Positions 1 to 12,344 of a stretch of DNA of 64,000 nt are shown here, in pieces. How positions within the stretch are numbered: the stretch's first letter is position 1; the number at the start of each line of letters is the position of its first letter. This DNA comes from an uncultured Trueperaceae bacterium. GTDB lineage: Bacteria > Deinococcota > Deinococci > Deinococcales > Trueperaceae. The stretch lies in NCBI GenBank assembly GCA_963727505.1, contig CAVSGP010000004.1:1-64000 (forward strand). The letters run 5' to 3'. The position numbers and the translations under genes were made by a program. Under the pieces are notes generated by a model. That model saw only the letters and a list, made by a program, of their open reading frames with translations, was not told where the DNA came from and made no database searches.

Positions 1-184
1 CTCCGTGACCGCCAGTTGTCTGAGCGGCTACGACCCCGGGACCAGTTCCGGCTACAGCGTCAAGGTCTGGGCGAACATCGCCGGTTGCTCGGTGAACACT
101 ACCGGTACGCTTGTCAGTGCGTGGTGGACAGGTGGTACGGGGACCTACGGTACGTCAGGCACCGCATACGTGCTCGGCAACTGA
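1..184 (+). CDS. 3' end of a gene truncated by the window edge; probable type IV pilin C-terminal domain
   Basis: Frame 2 reads SVTASCLSGYDPGTSSGYSVKVWANIAGCSVNTTGTLVSAWWTGGTGTYGTSGTAYVLGN*. It is Ser/Thr/Gly-rich with two Cys about 23 aa apart, like the C-terminus of Thermus/Deinococcus pilins. A terminator and an O-OTase-like gene follow. The N-terminal prepilin motif lies outside the window. Confidence 0.55.
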   Translation, partial: SVTASCLSGYDPGTSSGYSVKVWANIAGCSVNTTGTLVSAWWTGGTGTYGTSGTAYVLGN

Positions 185-198
185 TTACTCTTCTTGGG

Positions 199-239
199 AC
201 GGGGCCCGGCTCATCTGCGAGCTGGGCCCCGTGCCTTTT
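199..239 (+). terminator. Intrinsic terminator after putative pilin
   Basis: ACGGGGCCCGGCTC-atctgc-GAGCTGGGCCCCGT stem followed by gccTTTT. Confidence 0.7.
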
Positions 240-457
240 GTCTCCAGGGGATCGCTCCTGCCACGTACATGGCGCGGCGATGGCTTGCTACGGATGGTTG
301 CCGCCGCGCCTCAGGCTTGACGCCACGCGATATCTGAAGTCGGTTGCTGGGCGAGTCGGTCGAATGCGCTGGGCGCAGGCCGATGCTCGGTGACGTCGGG
401 GATCGACTCGTGAGGTCACCGACGGGGGCGGCGGTGAACACATGACAAGGAGGTGCC

Positions 458-1924
458 ATGGAAGTTGCGCGACAGGAGCCACTCGGTGCTCGTCCGTTCC
501 GGCACGGTTGGCTGGGTGTACTCCATGATACGTACTGGTCACTCCTGCTCGTAATCACGCCGCTCCTCCTCAACCCATATCTTCTTTGGGCGGACTCGTC
601 AGCAGCGCTCAGTACTATCCCGTACTTCAGAGCCGTCGCCGCTTGGGTCCTGCTCATCTACGGCGTTCTTGTCGTTCTTCTCACTCGCCGAGACCTGTCG
701 CTCGCGGGGCTGTTCCGCTCGATTCCCAAGTTGATTCTCCCATTCAGGTTCCTCTGGATCTTCGTCGCCCTGGTTCTCCTGTCCACGTTCTTCTCGAATC
801 TCGGGCCCGAGGCTCCAGCGCTTGGTTCGGCAATGCGAGCTGATGGAACGCTGATGCAGGTTTCATGGTTCGCACTGGCGTTGGTATCTGCAGAGCTCGC
901 GAGAGCGCTTCAATTCAACGCGCGCTTCATGATCCGGATGCTCGCGCTCGGGAGCGTGATGACGGCCGCGTGGGTCCTACTCCAATCGGTGGGTGCTGAC
1001 CCCTTCACGATGCTTTCGCGGAAGCACCTGCATTTCGACCTTCCAGCGGGCGCATTCGGGCACAGCGCAGTGGCCGAGGCGTATCTTGCTGTCTGTCTGA
1101 TCGTGCTGGCAGGCGTCTGGCTGGGAAGCGGTCGGTTGGGTTGGGCCCAGGCGGTTGTGGCCGGTTCCATAGCCGCGGGGATGGCTGCGGCTGGTGGACG
1201 GGCCGGTGCGTTGGGCTTCCTGGCGAGTGCCCTCCTGCTGGTGGTGATGGTGCTCCGGTCGAAGCGAGGCCTTCGGGCACTGGCGGTATTGGCGATTGCC
1301 ATCGGTGTGGGCGGCCTGGCAGGCTTCCTCGTGTCTCCACAGGCCCACACCAAAGCAAACGAGTCCGTCGCTGCTCTATCGGGGAATGACATGAGCGTGT
1401 CGCATCGCTTGATTGCCTGGCGCGTGGGTACGAGTGTGATCTCCGCTCACCCGCTCTTCGGGATCGGACCAGGCAGCTTCAGCTATGTACTGTGGCAGTA
1501 TGCGACGCCTGCGGAGCAGCGCTCGCTGCTCCGTGAGTCAATCGGATTCGTGCCGGCCTCTGGGAGCTATACGATCTCGGGCAACGCCATCGTCTATTCG
1601 GACCCGTCGTCCGGGAAGACCGTTGCACGGATCCTGAACTGGGACAAGGCGCACGACTACTACCTTGACATCGCCCTGGCCACGGGGATCCCATCCCTGT
1701 TGTTCTTCCTGGGCTATCTCTTCGTTCTGCTATGGGGACTGCTTCGATCTGGCGAGACCCTTGCCCGGGGGATCGGACTCGGACTGCTGACCTTCGCCGT
1801 GTGGGGAACGGCGTGGTTCTACACCGTGTCACTCGACCCGATTATCTGGGGACTTGTGGGCGTAGGGATCGGGCTGCATTGGAATCGCTCGCGACTGTCT
1901 CACGTCGGCGAACGCGTTCCCTGA
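458..1924 (+). CDS. O-antigen ligase/Wzy_C-family membrane protein (possible pilin O-oligosaccharyltransferase)
   Basis: AAGGAGG SD; many TM helices; R..AW...(H)PLFGIGPGSF and DKAHDYYLDIALATG motifs typical of Wzy_C. Confidence 0.8.
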   Translation: MEVARQEPLGARPFRHGWLGVLHDTYWSLLLVITPLLLNPYLLWADSSAALSTIPYFRAVAAWVLLIYGVLVVLLTRRDLSLAGLFRSIPKLILPFRFLWIFVALVLLSTFFSNLGPEAPALGSAMRADGTLMQVSWFALALVSAELARALQFNARFMIRMLALGSVMTAAWVLLQSVGADPFTMLSRKHLHFDLPAGAFGHSAVAEAYLAVCLIVLAGVWLGSGRLGWAQAVVAGSIAAGMAAAGGRAGALGFLASALLLVVMVLRSKRGLRALAVLAIAIGVGGLAGFLVSPQAHTKANESVAALSGNDMSVSHRLIAWRVGTSVISAHPLFGIGPGSFSYVLWQYATPAEQRSLLRESIGFVPASGSYTISGNAIVYSDPSSGKTVARILNWDKAHDYYLDIALATGIPSLLFFLGYLFVLLWGLLRSGETLARGIGLGLLTFAVWGTAWFYTVSLDPIIWGLVGVGIGLHWNRSRLSHVGERVP

Positions 1925-2028
1925 AATAGACCGGTCGGCCTTGTTCACTCGGGGGAGTGTTCACGCTGCGTGCCGTGGTTGGGCATGCTCAGATCGTGAA
2001 AACCCGCGCCTGCGGCCTAGCGTCCTCG

Positions 2029-3192
2029 CTATCCCTCGAGCGCCTCGCGGACCGCAAGCACAACGCGCTCCTGTTGAGACGTCGTCAGCCGAGGATGCAA
2101 CGGAAGACTGACGACCTCTGCCGCCGCCGCCTCTGACTGGGTCAACGGCGTTGCCGCTCGCCCGAGACCGTTGGGCCACGCCTCACGGACCGGTGCATAG
2201 AAGACCGAAGACGCAATCCCGGCCTCGGAGAGATGGGCCCGGACTCGGGAACGCGCGTCTGGAGGAACTCGCACCGTGTATTGGTGGTAGACGTGGCCGT
2301 GTGTACACGTGGGCGTGTTCACGCGTTCGACTTCAGCGAGAAGGTTGTCGTACCGGTGAGCTACCTCACGGCGAATGCCGTTCCAGCCGTCAACATGCGG
2401 CAGCTTGACCCGCAAGATGGCAGCCTGGATCTCATCGAGCCTGGAATTGTAGCCGATCCCGAGATGCACGTAGCGACGTTCCGGATCGCTCGCGTGATTC
2501 CGAAGTCTTCTCGCGGATGCGGCGATCGCAGCATCATCTGTTGCCACCAGACCGCCATCGCCGTATGCACCCAGGTTCTTCGTCGGATAGAAGCTGAACG
2601 CGGCGACGTGGCCGGCCGTGCCGACTCGAGCCCCAGCCAGACCCTTGGCACTGGTATCAGCAGCAAGTCCGTAGAAGGCGCCGAAAGCCTGGGCGCAATC
2701 CTCCAGGACGACCAGCCCGCATCGATGCGCGACAGCCAACAGAGGTGCCATATCGACCGGATCGCCGAAGACGTGGACCGGCAGGATGGCCTTCGTCCTT
2801 GACGAGATCGCCTCCTCGATGGCCCCAACGTCGATATTGAAACCCGGACGAGCGATATCTACGAAGACAGGGGTGGCTCCGGCCAGGACGATCGCTTCGG
2901 CCGTGGCGAAGAAGGTGAACGCCGTCGTGATGACTTCATCGCCCGGTCCTATGCCTGCCGCACGGAGCCCGATGACGAGCGCGTCGGTGCCGCTGTTGAC
3001 CGTGACGGCGTGCGTCACTCCAAGGTACCGGGCGACCTCTTCCTCGAACGCGGCGACCTCGGGTCCCAAAATGTACTTACCGCTACGGAGGACGCGTTGC
3101 ACGGCCCCAGAGATGTCTATCCAAAGGTCGCTGATCTCCCCGCGGAGGTCGAGCATTGCAATGTCTTCGGTGATGTCCGGTTTGGAAGCCAC
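2029..3192 (-). CDS. DegT/DnrJ/EryC1/StrS PLP-dependent nucleotide-sugar aminotransferase
   Basis: NSGTDAL, EDCAQAFGA, FSFYPTKNLGAYGDGG (PLP lysine), GYNSRLDEIQAAIL. Confidence 0.95.
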   Translation of the reverse strand: MASKPDITEDIAMLDLRGEISDLWIDISGAVQRVLRSGKYILGPEVAAFEEEVARYLGVTHAVTVNSGTDALVIGLRAAGIGPGDEVITTAFTFFATAEAIVLAGATPVFVDIARPGFNIDVGAIEEAISSRTKAILPVHVFGDPVDMAPLLAVAHRCGLVVLEDCAQAFGAFYGLAADTSAKGLAGARVGTAGHVAAFSFYPTKNLGAYGDGGLVATDDAAIAASARRLRNHASDPERRYVHLGIGYNSRLDEIQAAILRVKLPHVDGWNGIRREVAHRYDNLLAEVERVNTPTCTHGHVYHQYTVRVPPDARSRVRAHLSEAGIASSVFYAPVREAWPNGLGRAATPLTQSEAAAAEVVSLPLHPRLTTSQQERVVLAVREALEG

Positions 3193-3390
3193 GTCACCTC
3201 ACCCTTTCACATAGGCACCCCCGTCATCGTGCCGGGACTGCAGGGTCACGTTGAATCGTACCCTGCTGGCCGATGGGCATCCTTGTGGGTCGAAGGAAGT
3301 GCGGCGTTCCCACCCAGTGTGCATTGTGTGGCAGGGGTCAGTGCACTCCTTCATCGCGGCCGTTGTCGCACTCAACGAGAATCATGAAGC

Positions 3391-5157
3391 GTGACGAACC
3401 TGGAATCTGAGACCGTGCCGGAACAGGGCCCCGTAGGCGGGGGGGCCGGACGTGAACGGGTGCTCGGCTTCGGAGCCGTGAGAGGCAGAATCCTGGCGAA
3501 GTCTCACGGCTGGCGGGCATGGGAGTTCGCAGGTCTTCTCCTGGGGTTGGGAGTGCTGCTGCGACTGAACTTCCGGCTCGACCTTCTCTGGACCCGGGCA
3601 CCGCTTTTGCTGATTGCGGCGTCCTTACTCGCTGTGATCCTCCTGATCCGCCGCGTGCCGCTGGGCGTGGCGATTCTGTGGCTCCTGGGGTTCCTCTCGT
3701 ATCTCTGGAGCCTGACCCCCGGCGACACGCTTCTGGCCGCGGTCTGGGGGTTGACCGTCGTGGCCGCCGCTGCGGCCGGTCGTTGGCGGGGAGTCTTGTC
3801 GGTTGTACTGGTGTTCCTCGTGTCGAACTACCTCCAGAATGCTCTGGCATTGAACGCCTTTGATCTCCAGAGATACATGTCGGGATCGGTCCACTACCGC
3901 ATGGGGGCGACGGCGCTCGTCCTCGTGCCGGTGGCTGTCGTTGGCTTCGCTCGCGGTCGGCCCAGGTGGCTCGCCCTTCCCTGGTGGCTGCTAGCAACGG
4001 TGGCGATCTACGGCACGGTGATCTCCGGTTCGCGAGGGGTCTACGTGCCGCTCGTCCTCGTCCTCGTGTTGCTCACGGGGCGGCTGGTCCGGGATCGGTC
4101 GAGCCGAAAGCGGTTGATCGCTGGCATGATCGCAACAGCCGTCGTCCTGGTAGCTGCGGATGCTCTCATACCTTTCCATCCCGCTGCCGCCGCGCTCGGT
4201 GCCAAGGCGTCGACAGAGGCGCAAGTAGCGGCTGTATCGACCGCTGGCGGATTTACCCAACGGCTGCGCTTCTGGGACCAGGGAGTCACGATGGCCGTCG
4301 AGCATCCGTTCGGCGTTGGCCTGGGAGGTTTCCGAGGTACGATCCACGCCTTTCAGCGCTTCCCGATGACGTGGTCGAGCAGTCCACACAACGTCTTCGT
4401 CGAGACCGCAGGAACCCTCGGTTGGCCCGGACTCGCCGTGCTCGTGGTGTTGCTTGCCGTGTCGTTCTGGAGGGCGTGGACATCGTCTCGGTGGCCGTGG
4501 GCCCTGGCGCTGTTGGGCATCTGGTTCACGCTCAGCGTCGATGTGACCGCAGACTACCCGAGCATCGTGACCATCGCTTTCGCGGTCGTCGGGGCCTGTC
4601 TGGGGCCCACGGCCGTCGCCGGAGACCTCCTTCGAGACGGTGGCAGATGGAGCTCCCTGGCCTCGCGGCTGCGTCCGTGGCTCGCCGGCCTCGTGTTCGT
4701 CGCCGGAACCGCGCTCACGGCTTGGTGGTTCGCTCCCTGCACCAGCACGGATTGCGTTCTGACACGGTGGCGCGGCGTCGAGTCCACGGTGCTGGTGACG
4801 GTCCCACGAATCGCTCAGGGCGATCGGCCCGCGTTCTTCGCGCGGTTGGAGAAGCTGTATCCGATGAGCTTGTGGGTGCTCCAGTTGGAGGAGACGTACG
4901 CTACATCCGCGGGAGAGCGTCTGAGCCTTGCCAGAGAGATCGCGACGCGGTACCCGCTGCAGTCGTGGCGCAACTACCTGCTGTGGGCGAACCTGAGTCT
5001 GGCCGAAGGGGACCTTTCGCAGGCCAAGGAGGCGGTCCGCCACGGACTCGACGTGTTCGGGCCGGACGCGCGGCGCTTCCCGGAGATGCGTGCCGACCCC
5101 AAGGGATTCGAAGCATGGTTGGAACGGGCACGGGCCATCCAGGCCCGATCTCCGTAG
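3391..5157 (+). CDS. O-antigen ligase family protein with soluble TPR-like C-terminal extension
   Basis: SGSRG, RLRFW...HPFGVGLGGF, SPHNVFVETAGTLGWPG motifs; multi-TM; start uncertain. Confidence 0.75.
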   Translation: MTNLESETVPEQGPVGGGAGRERVLGFGAVRGRILAKSHGWRAWEFAGLLLGLGVLLRLNFRLDLLWTRAPLLLIAASLLAVILLIRRVPLGVAILWLLGFLSYLWSLTPGDTLLAAVWGLTVVAAAAAGRWRGVLSVVLVFLVSNYLQNALALNAFDLQRYMSGSVHYRMGATALVLVPVAVVGFARGRPRWLALPWWLLATVAIYGTVISGSRGVYVPLVLVLVLLTGRLVRDRSSRKRLIAGMIATAVVLVAADALIPFHPAAAALGAKASTEAQVAAVSTAGGFTQRLRFWDQGVTMAVEHPFGVGLGGFRGTIHAFQRFPMTWSSSPHNVFVETAGTLGWPGLAVLVVLLAVSFWRAWTSSRWPWALALLGIWFTLSVDVTADYPSIVTIAFAVVGACLGPTAVAGDLLRDGGRWSSLASRLRPWLAGLVFVAGTALTAWWFAPCTSTDCVLTRWRGVESTVLVTVPRIAQGDRPAFFARLEKLYPMSLWVLQLEETYATSAGERLSLAREIATRYPLQSWRNYLLWANLSLAEGDLSQAKEAVRHGLDVFGPDARRFPEMRADPKGFEAWLERARAIQARSP

Positions 5158-5334
5158 CGTAGATGGGCCGCAGGGGCTCTTCCAGACGGCGTGCTCCCGA
5201 GGCGTTCCGAGCTATGACGGATTGACGGTGGCACGGGACTTGCTCGAAGGCGCCAGCCTATGCTTTACTTGCCTCCACTTGCACCCCACGTGGCGCAGGC
5301 CTGGTAGGGTCCCGGACGCAAGCGTCCGACCCAG

Positions 5335-7164
<1,830 letters not shown>

Positions 7165-7207
7165 GCGCCCGCGACCGCGAAGAACGCCGTCGCGAACAAC
7201 CTTCCCC

Positions 7208-8485
7208 ATGAGCAGCGAGCACGACGCTCACAACCGTTTGCACGCGTCCGCCGCACCCGGCGGCGGACGCGCTCGCAACCCGTCGTCGGACAACCCGTCG
7301 TCCGACAACCCCGGGAACCGCACCCTCATCCACGAGACCTGGGGCGACCACGCGGCGCTCATCGCGCGCAGCGAGGCGAACCCCGACGGCAGCGTGGGCA
7401 CGGTCACCCCGCAGGTGATGGACGTCGCGGGCCCCGGCGACCCGCTGAAGCTCGAGCTCGGCGGAGAGCTCGCGCAGGTGGCGCTGGCCTTCGAGACCTA
7501 CGGCGAGTTGAACGCCCGCGGCGACAACGCCATCCTCATCTGCCACGCCCTCACGGGCTCCGGGCACGCCGCGGGCCGCACCGACCGCGAAGAGGTGCCG
7601 GGCTGGTGGGATCCGCTCATCGGTCCCGGCAAGGCCATCGACACCCGCCGCTACTTCGTCATCTCCAGCAACGTCCTCGGAGGCTGCTACGGCAGCACCG
7701 GCCCGAGCAGCCTCGACCCCGAGACGGGGCGCCCCTACGCCCTCGACTTCCCGCGCTACACGGTCCGCGACATGGTCGAGGCGCAGCGCCGGCTGGTCGA
7801 CCGGCTCGGCGTGCGCTCGCTGGCCGCGGTGGTCGGGGGCAGCATGGGGGGCATGCAGGTGCTGGAGTGGGCGGCCATGGTCCCCGAGCGCGTGCGCGCC
7901 ATCGCGCCCATCGCCATCGGCCCGCGCCACTCCGCCTGGGCGATCGGCCTCAACGAGGTGGCCCGCCGCGCCATCACCTCGGATCCGGACTGGCAGGGGG
8001 GCGGCTACCCGCAGGGCCGCCAGCCGGAGCGCGGTCTGGGGCTCGCCCGCGCGATCGCCATGCTCTCGTATCGCAGCTTCGACTCGCTCGAGCAGAAGTT
8101 CGGCCGCGAGCGCACGGCCGCCACCTCCGATCTGCTCGGCATGAGCTTCGAGATCGAGTCGTACCTCGACTACCAGGGCGTCAAGCTGGTGCAGCGCTTC
8201 GACGCCAACACCTACCTCTACCTGACGCGGGCCATGGACGACTACGACGTCGCCGCCGGCAGGGACAAGGTCGGGAAGGTGCTGGGGCGCATGACGATGC
8301 CGGCGCTGGTCATGGGGATCGCCTCCGACGTGCTCTACCCGGAGGCGGAGCAGCGCGCTCTGGCCGAGGCGCTGCCCCACTCCACCTACGCCACCATCCG
8401 CTCGCCTCACGGTCACGACGCCTTCCTCATCGAGTTCCCCCAGGTCGCGGCGCACCTGCGCCGCTTCCTGCAGGAGGTCGCCTGA
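7208..8485 (+). CDS. metX: Homoserine O-acetyltransferase
   Basis: LICHALTG, GGSMGGMQ (catalytic Ser), RFDANTY, HGHDAFL. Confidence 0.95.
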   Translation: MSSEHDAHNRLHASAAPGGGRARNPSSDNPSSDNPGNRTLIHETWGDHAALIARSEANPDGSVGTVTPQVMDVAGPGDPLKLELGGELAQVALAFETYGELNARGDNAILICHALTGSGHAAGRTDREEVPGWWDPLIGPGKAIDTRRYFVISSNVLGGCYGSTGPSSLDPETGRPYALDFPRYTVRDMVEAQRRLVDRLGVRSLAAVVGGSMGGMQVLEWAAMVPERVRAIAPIAIGPRHSAWAIGLNEVARRAITSDPDWQGGGYPQGRQPERGLGLARAIAMLSYRSFDSLEQKFGRERTAATSDLLGMSFEIESYLDYQGVKLVQRFDANTYLYLTRAMDDYDVAAGRDKVGKVLGRMTMPALVMGIASDVLYPEAEQRALAEALPHSTYATIRSPHGHDAFLIEFPQVAAHLRRFLQEVA

Positions 8486-8614
8486 CGGGTCGGGAGGGAA
8501 GCCACCGGCGCGGGCGGACGCGAGCACCGGAAACGTGCGCCCAACAGCGCGCGTGAGCCTCCCGGAGTGCTAGAATGAGTGACTGCCAGGGAGCGTAGGC
8601 CCTGGGACACCCAC

Positions 8615-8973
8615 GGGGGCGACACGGTTTCGACGGGGCCCTGTCGAGGGTAAGGTTGCGCGTCGCGGGTGCAGCTGGCCGCGTCAACAAGCTGCAACGC
8701 CAATAACTGGCAATAACACCTACGCTCTGGCTGCGTAACCCGTAGTCAGCGTCGCCCGGAAGCCGCGCCCGTGGCTCGCCGGATCCGACGACCCAATACG
8801 GGCTGGTCTTCACGCTCGGGCGTTGGCGTGAAGGCGAGAACCAAGACGCCTAAGCGCGCGGTGAGTGCCGGCCGTCGAGCCGACCGCGCGCCGACAATCG
8901 ATCGGCGGCTACACGCGTAGACACCTGCCTTCGGGGGTTTCGGACGCGGGTTCGACTCCCGCCGCCTCCACCA
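8615..8973 (+). ncRNA. ssrA: tmRNA; tag ORF 8709-8738 encodes (A)GNNTYALAA*
   Basis: 5' GGGGGCGACACGGTTTCGAC, 3' GGGTTCGACTCCCGCCGCCTCCACCA, internal tag ending YALAA-TAA; TGcTAGAAT promoter upstream. Confidence 0.97.
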
Positions 8974-9151
8974 GCCTCGGCCGGGCGCCACCAGCGCCCG
9001 GCCGACCCTTCGGTATGCGCCCTCCACGCTCTCGGATCCTCGCCGGGACGCGAGATGCCGCCGAGAGAGCGACTTTCCTCGTTGCCGAGCACATTCCGGC
9101 GTGGTAAGCTTGGCGAAGTCAAGCAAGCACACGGCGAGGGAGGATCCCGGA

Positions 9152-10249
9152 GTGTCAGAGGTTGTGTTGGAGCACGTCTACAAGCGGTTCGGCAACGTGA
9201 CCGCGGTCCAGGACTTCAACCTGGAGATCGAGGACGCGGAGTTCATGGTGTTCGTGGGGCCGTCCGGTTGCGGCAAGACCACCACGCTACGCATGATCGC
9301 CGGCCTCGAAGAGATCACCGAGGGCACGGCACGCATCGGCGACCGGGTGGTCAACGACGTCCCGCCCAAGGACCGCGACATCGCCATGGTGTTCCAGAAC
9401 TACGCTCTCTACCCGCACATGAACGTACACCAGAACATGTCGTTCGGGCTGCGCCTGCGCAAGACCCCGAAGGACGAGATCGAGACGCGCGTGCGCGAGA
9501 CCGCCGGCATCCTGCAGATCGAGCACCTGCTCGACCGGCGCCCGCGCGAGCTCTCCGGCGGCCAGCGCCAGCGCGTGGCGCTCGGCCGGGCGATCGTACG
9601 CAAGCCCAAGGTGTTCCTGATGGACGAGCCGCTGTCCAACCTCGACGCCAAGCTTCGCGTCGAGATGCGGGCCTCGATCAGCAAACTCCACCGTCAGCTC
9701 GGGACCACCATCATCTACGTCACGCACGACCAGATCGAGGCCATGACGATGGGCACGCGCATCGTCGTGATGAAGGACGGCCTCGTCCAACAGGTGGACA
9801 GCCCCATCAACCTCTACGACAAGCCGACCAACAAGTTCGTGGCCGGCTTCATCGGCTCTCCCGCCATGAACTTCATGGTCGGCACGGTGCACGACGGCCG
9901 CATCAAGAGCGGTCAGTTCGACCTCAAGCCGGACCCGGAGCTCGCTCAGAAACTCGTTCCCTACAACGGCAAGAAGGTCTACCTCGGCATCCGGCCCGAG
10001 AACCTCGGGCTCAAGGGCTATACCGACATCGCGCAAGAAGAGAACGTGATCAAGGCCACCGTCGATGTGGTGGAGCCGCTGGGCGCCGAGACCCAGGTCC
10101 TGGCTTCCGTGGGCGGCGATCAGAGCGTCGTAGCCAAGGTCGACCCGCACGCCCAGGTCAAGATGGGCGACGAGGTGGAGCTGCTGGCCGATGTGCACAT
10201 GCTGCACGCCTTCGACATCGAGACGGAGCACAACATCCGCTTCGCCTGA
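9152..10249 (+). CDS. Sugar ABC transporter ATP-binding protein (MsmK/MalK/UgpC family), stand-alone
   Basis: GPSGCGKT, VFQNYALYPHM, LSGGQRQR, DEPLSNLDAKLR, TOBE C-terminus. Confidence 0.93.
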   Translation: MSEVVLEHVYKRFGNVTAVQDFNLEIEDAEFMVFVGPSGCGKTTTLRMIAGLEEITEGTARIGDRVVNDVPPKDRDIAMVFQNYALYPHMNVHQNMSFGLRLRKTPKDEIETRVRETAGILQIEHLLDRRPRELSGGQRQRVALGRAIVRKPKVFLMDEPLSNLDAKLRVEMRASISKLHRQLGTTIIYVTHDQIEAMTMGTRIVVMKDGLVQQVDSPINLYDKPTNKFVAGFIGSPAMNFMVGTVHDGRIKSGQFDLKPDPELAQKLVPYNGKKVYLGIRPENLGLKGYTDIAQEENVIKATVDVVEPLGAETQVLASVGGDQSVVAKVDPHAQVKMGDEVELLADVHMLHAFDIETEHNIRFA

Positions 10250-10287
10250 GTGCCCGCGGCGTTCCGTCGCGCGATCCCGGCAACACC

Positions 10288-10320
10288 AGCGAGCCCGCCC
10301 TCCGGCGGGCTCGCTTCGTT
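10288..10320 (+). terminator. Intrinsic terminator-like hairpin
   Basis: AGCGAGCCCGCC-ctcc-GGCGGGCTCGCT followed by tcgtt. Confidence 0.65.
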
Positions 10321-10390
10321 CGGACTCAGCTTTGCTCGGGCCCCGCGGCGTCGGACACGTCACGATGGCCACGGTAGACTGGTCGCCGTT

Positions 10391-12298
10391 ATGCTCCTCG
10401 CAGCCCTGCAGCAAGTCGAGAAGGTGTACGGGGACCAGGTGGTGCTCGAGGACGCCACGCTGGAGTTGCGTGACGGCAGCCGCACCGCCCTGATCGGCCG
10501 CAACGGCGCCGGGAAGACCACCGTCCTGCGTCTGCTCATGGGGACGGAGGCTCCCGACAAGGGTTCCGTGCACCGCGGGGCCGGCGTCACCGCCGCGCTG
10601 CTGGAGCAGGACCCGGTGTTCGACGAGGGCGCGACGCTGGGCGCCGTGGCCGAGGAGGCGTTCGCCGATCTCGAACGCATGGAGGCCGGCCTGGAGGAAC
10701 TGGAGCGGGCGGGTCTCGACGATCCCGAGCGCTACGCCCGCTGGGAGCGGCTGCACGAGACCTTCGAGCGCCGTGGTGGCTACGCCCGCCGTGCGCGGCG
10801 CGACGCCGTCCTCGACGCGCTGGGCTTCCGCGATCGGGAGGACCAGCCGGTGCGGCAGCTGTCCGGCGGCGAGCGCACCCGGCTAGGGCTGGCGCGCCTG
10901 CTCATGGCGCAACCCGACGTGCTGCTGCTCGACGAGCCCACCAATCACCTCGACATCGACATGCGCGGCTGGTTGGAGGGCTACCTCGGCCGTTACCCCG
11001 GTGCGGCGCTCATCGTCTCCCACGACCGCGCCTTCCTCGACGGCGCGTGCGATCGCACCGCCGAGGTGGGCCTGGGTCGCCTGAGGGCGGGGGCCGGTGC
11101 ACCCACCGCGTTCCGGGCCGCACGCGCCGAAGAGCGCCGCATCCAGGAGGCCACGCGGCTCAACCAGGAACGGGAGCACCAACGGCTCGAGGCGGCGGCC
11201 AGTCAGATGAAGCAGTGGGCCGGTCAGAACGCGAAGCTGCACCGGCGCGCCAAAGCGATGGAGCGGCGCGTCGATCGCTTCGCCGGCCGCATGATCGACG
11301 CTCCCGAGGGGAGCGAGCGCACCACCCGCTTCGCGTTCGACTGCGACCCCTCCGGGGAGATCGTGTTGAGCGCACGCCATTTCTCCAAGCGCTTCGAGCG
11401 CGCGCTCTTCGAGGACGTGAGCGTCGAGTTGCGCCAGGGTCAGCGCACGGCGCTGGTCGGGCCCAACGGGGCGGGGAAGACGACCTTCCTGCGTCTGCTG
11501 CTGGGGGAGGCCGTCAGCGACGACCCGCGCGCGGAAGTGCGCACCGGCGCACGGGTGCGGCTCGGGTACTACGACCAGGACCTCCGCGGCGTCGATCCCG
11601 ACGCGACGCTGATCGAGGAGATGATCCGCATGGTGGGGGACGTGGAAGCGCACAACCTGCTGGGGCGCTTCCTGTTCCCGTTCGACGCGCAGTACAAGCG
11701 CGTGCGCGACCTATCGGGGGGCGAGCGCGCCCGCCTGGCGTTGCTCAAGCTCACGCGGGGGCGCTACAACCTGCTGGTGCTCGACGAACCCACCAACCAC
11801 CTGGACCTCGAGATGATCGAGGCCCTGGAGGGCGCCTTGCGCGCCTACCGGGGTACGCTGCTCCTGGTATCGCACGACCGACGCTTCCTGGAAGCGCTGA
11901 TCGATCAGGTCTGGGAGGTGCGGGACGGGCATTTCGAGGCGTTCGAGGGCGACTGGTCGTTCTACCAGCGGCTGCGCAAGCGGCGGGCCGACGAGGCCGC
12001 CGCGCTCGAGGCCCGGGAGGCCGAAGCCGCGCGCTCGCAGCAGGCGGAGCACGGGCGGGACCGGTCCACGCAGGGGCCGTCGCGCTGGCAACTCGAGCGC
12101 ATGCGCGAGGGCCTCGAGGAACGCGTCGCCGCGCTCGAGCGGGAACTAGGCTCGCTTGCGGGCCGCCTGGAGGCGCCCAGCGACGAAGATGCCGGCGACC
12201 TGATCGCCATCGGTGAGCGGCATGCCGCGTTGGAGCAGCAGCTCATCGAGGCCATGGCGGAGTGGGAAGACGTTACGGAACGGCTTGGTGCCGTCTGA
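10391..12298 (+). CDS. ABC-F family ribosome-associated ATPase
   Basis: Two ABC domains (GRNGAGKT, GPNGAGKT; LSGGE; DEPTNHLD twice), no TM segments, C-terminal coiled coil. Confidence 0.92.
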   Translation: MLLAALQQVEKVYGDQVVLEDATLELRDGSRTALIGRNGAGKTTVLRLLMGTEAPDKGSVHRGAGVTAALLEQDPVFDEGATLGAVAEEAFADLERMEAGLEELERAGLDDPERYARWERLHETFERRGGYARRARRDAVLDALGFRDREDQPVRQLSGGERTRLGLARLLMAQPDVLLLDEPTNHLDIDMRGWLEGYLGRYPGAALIVSHDRAFLDGACDRTAEVGLGRLRAGAGAPTAFRAARAEERRIQEATRLNQEREHQRLEAAASQMKQWAGQNAKLHRRAKAMERRVDRFAGRMIDAPEGSERTTRFAFDCDPSGEIVLSARHFSKRFERALFEDVSVELRQGQRTALVGPNGAGKTTFLRLLLGEAVSDDPRAEVRTGARVRLGYYDQDLRGVDPDATLIEEMIRMVGDVEAHNLLGRFLFPFDAQYKRVRDLSGGERARLALLKLTRGRYNLLVLDEPTNHLDLEMIEALEGALRAYRGTLLLVSHDRRFLEALIDQVWEVRDGHFEAFEGDWSFYQRLRKRRADEAAALEAREAEAARSQQAEHGRDRSTQGPSRWQLERMREGLEERVAALERELGSLAGRLEAPSDEDAGDLIAIGERHAALEQQLIEAMAEWEDVTERLGAV

Positions 12299-12344
12299 CG
12301 GCGCAGGCCGCGCCCCGCACGGTCGGGGCCGAAGGAGGCGTGAC

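Noticed and set aside
7277..7312. Short coding tandem repeats (NPSSDNPSSDNP in MetX; DPPAADPPAT in YjjX near 51247)
   Set aside because: Two-copy in-frame duplications in flexible linkers; not arrays
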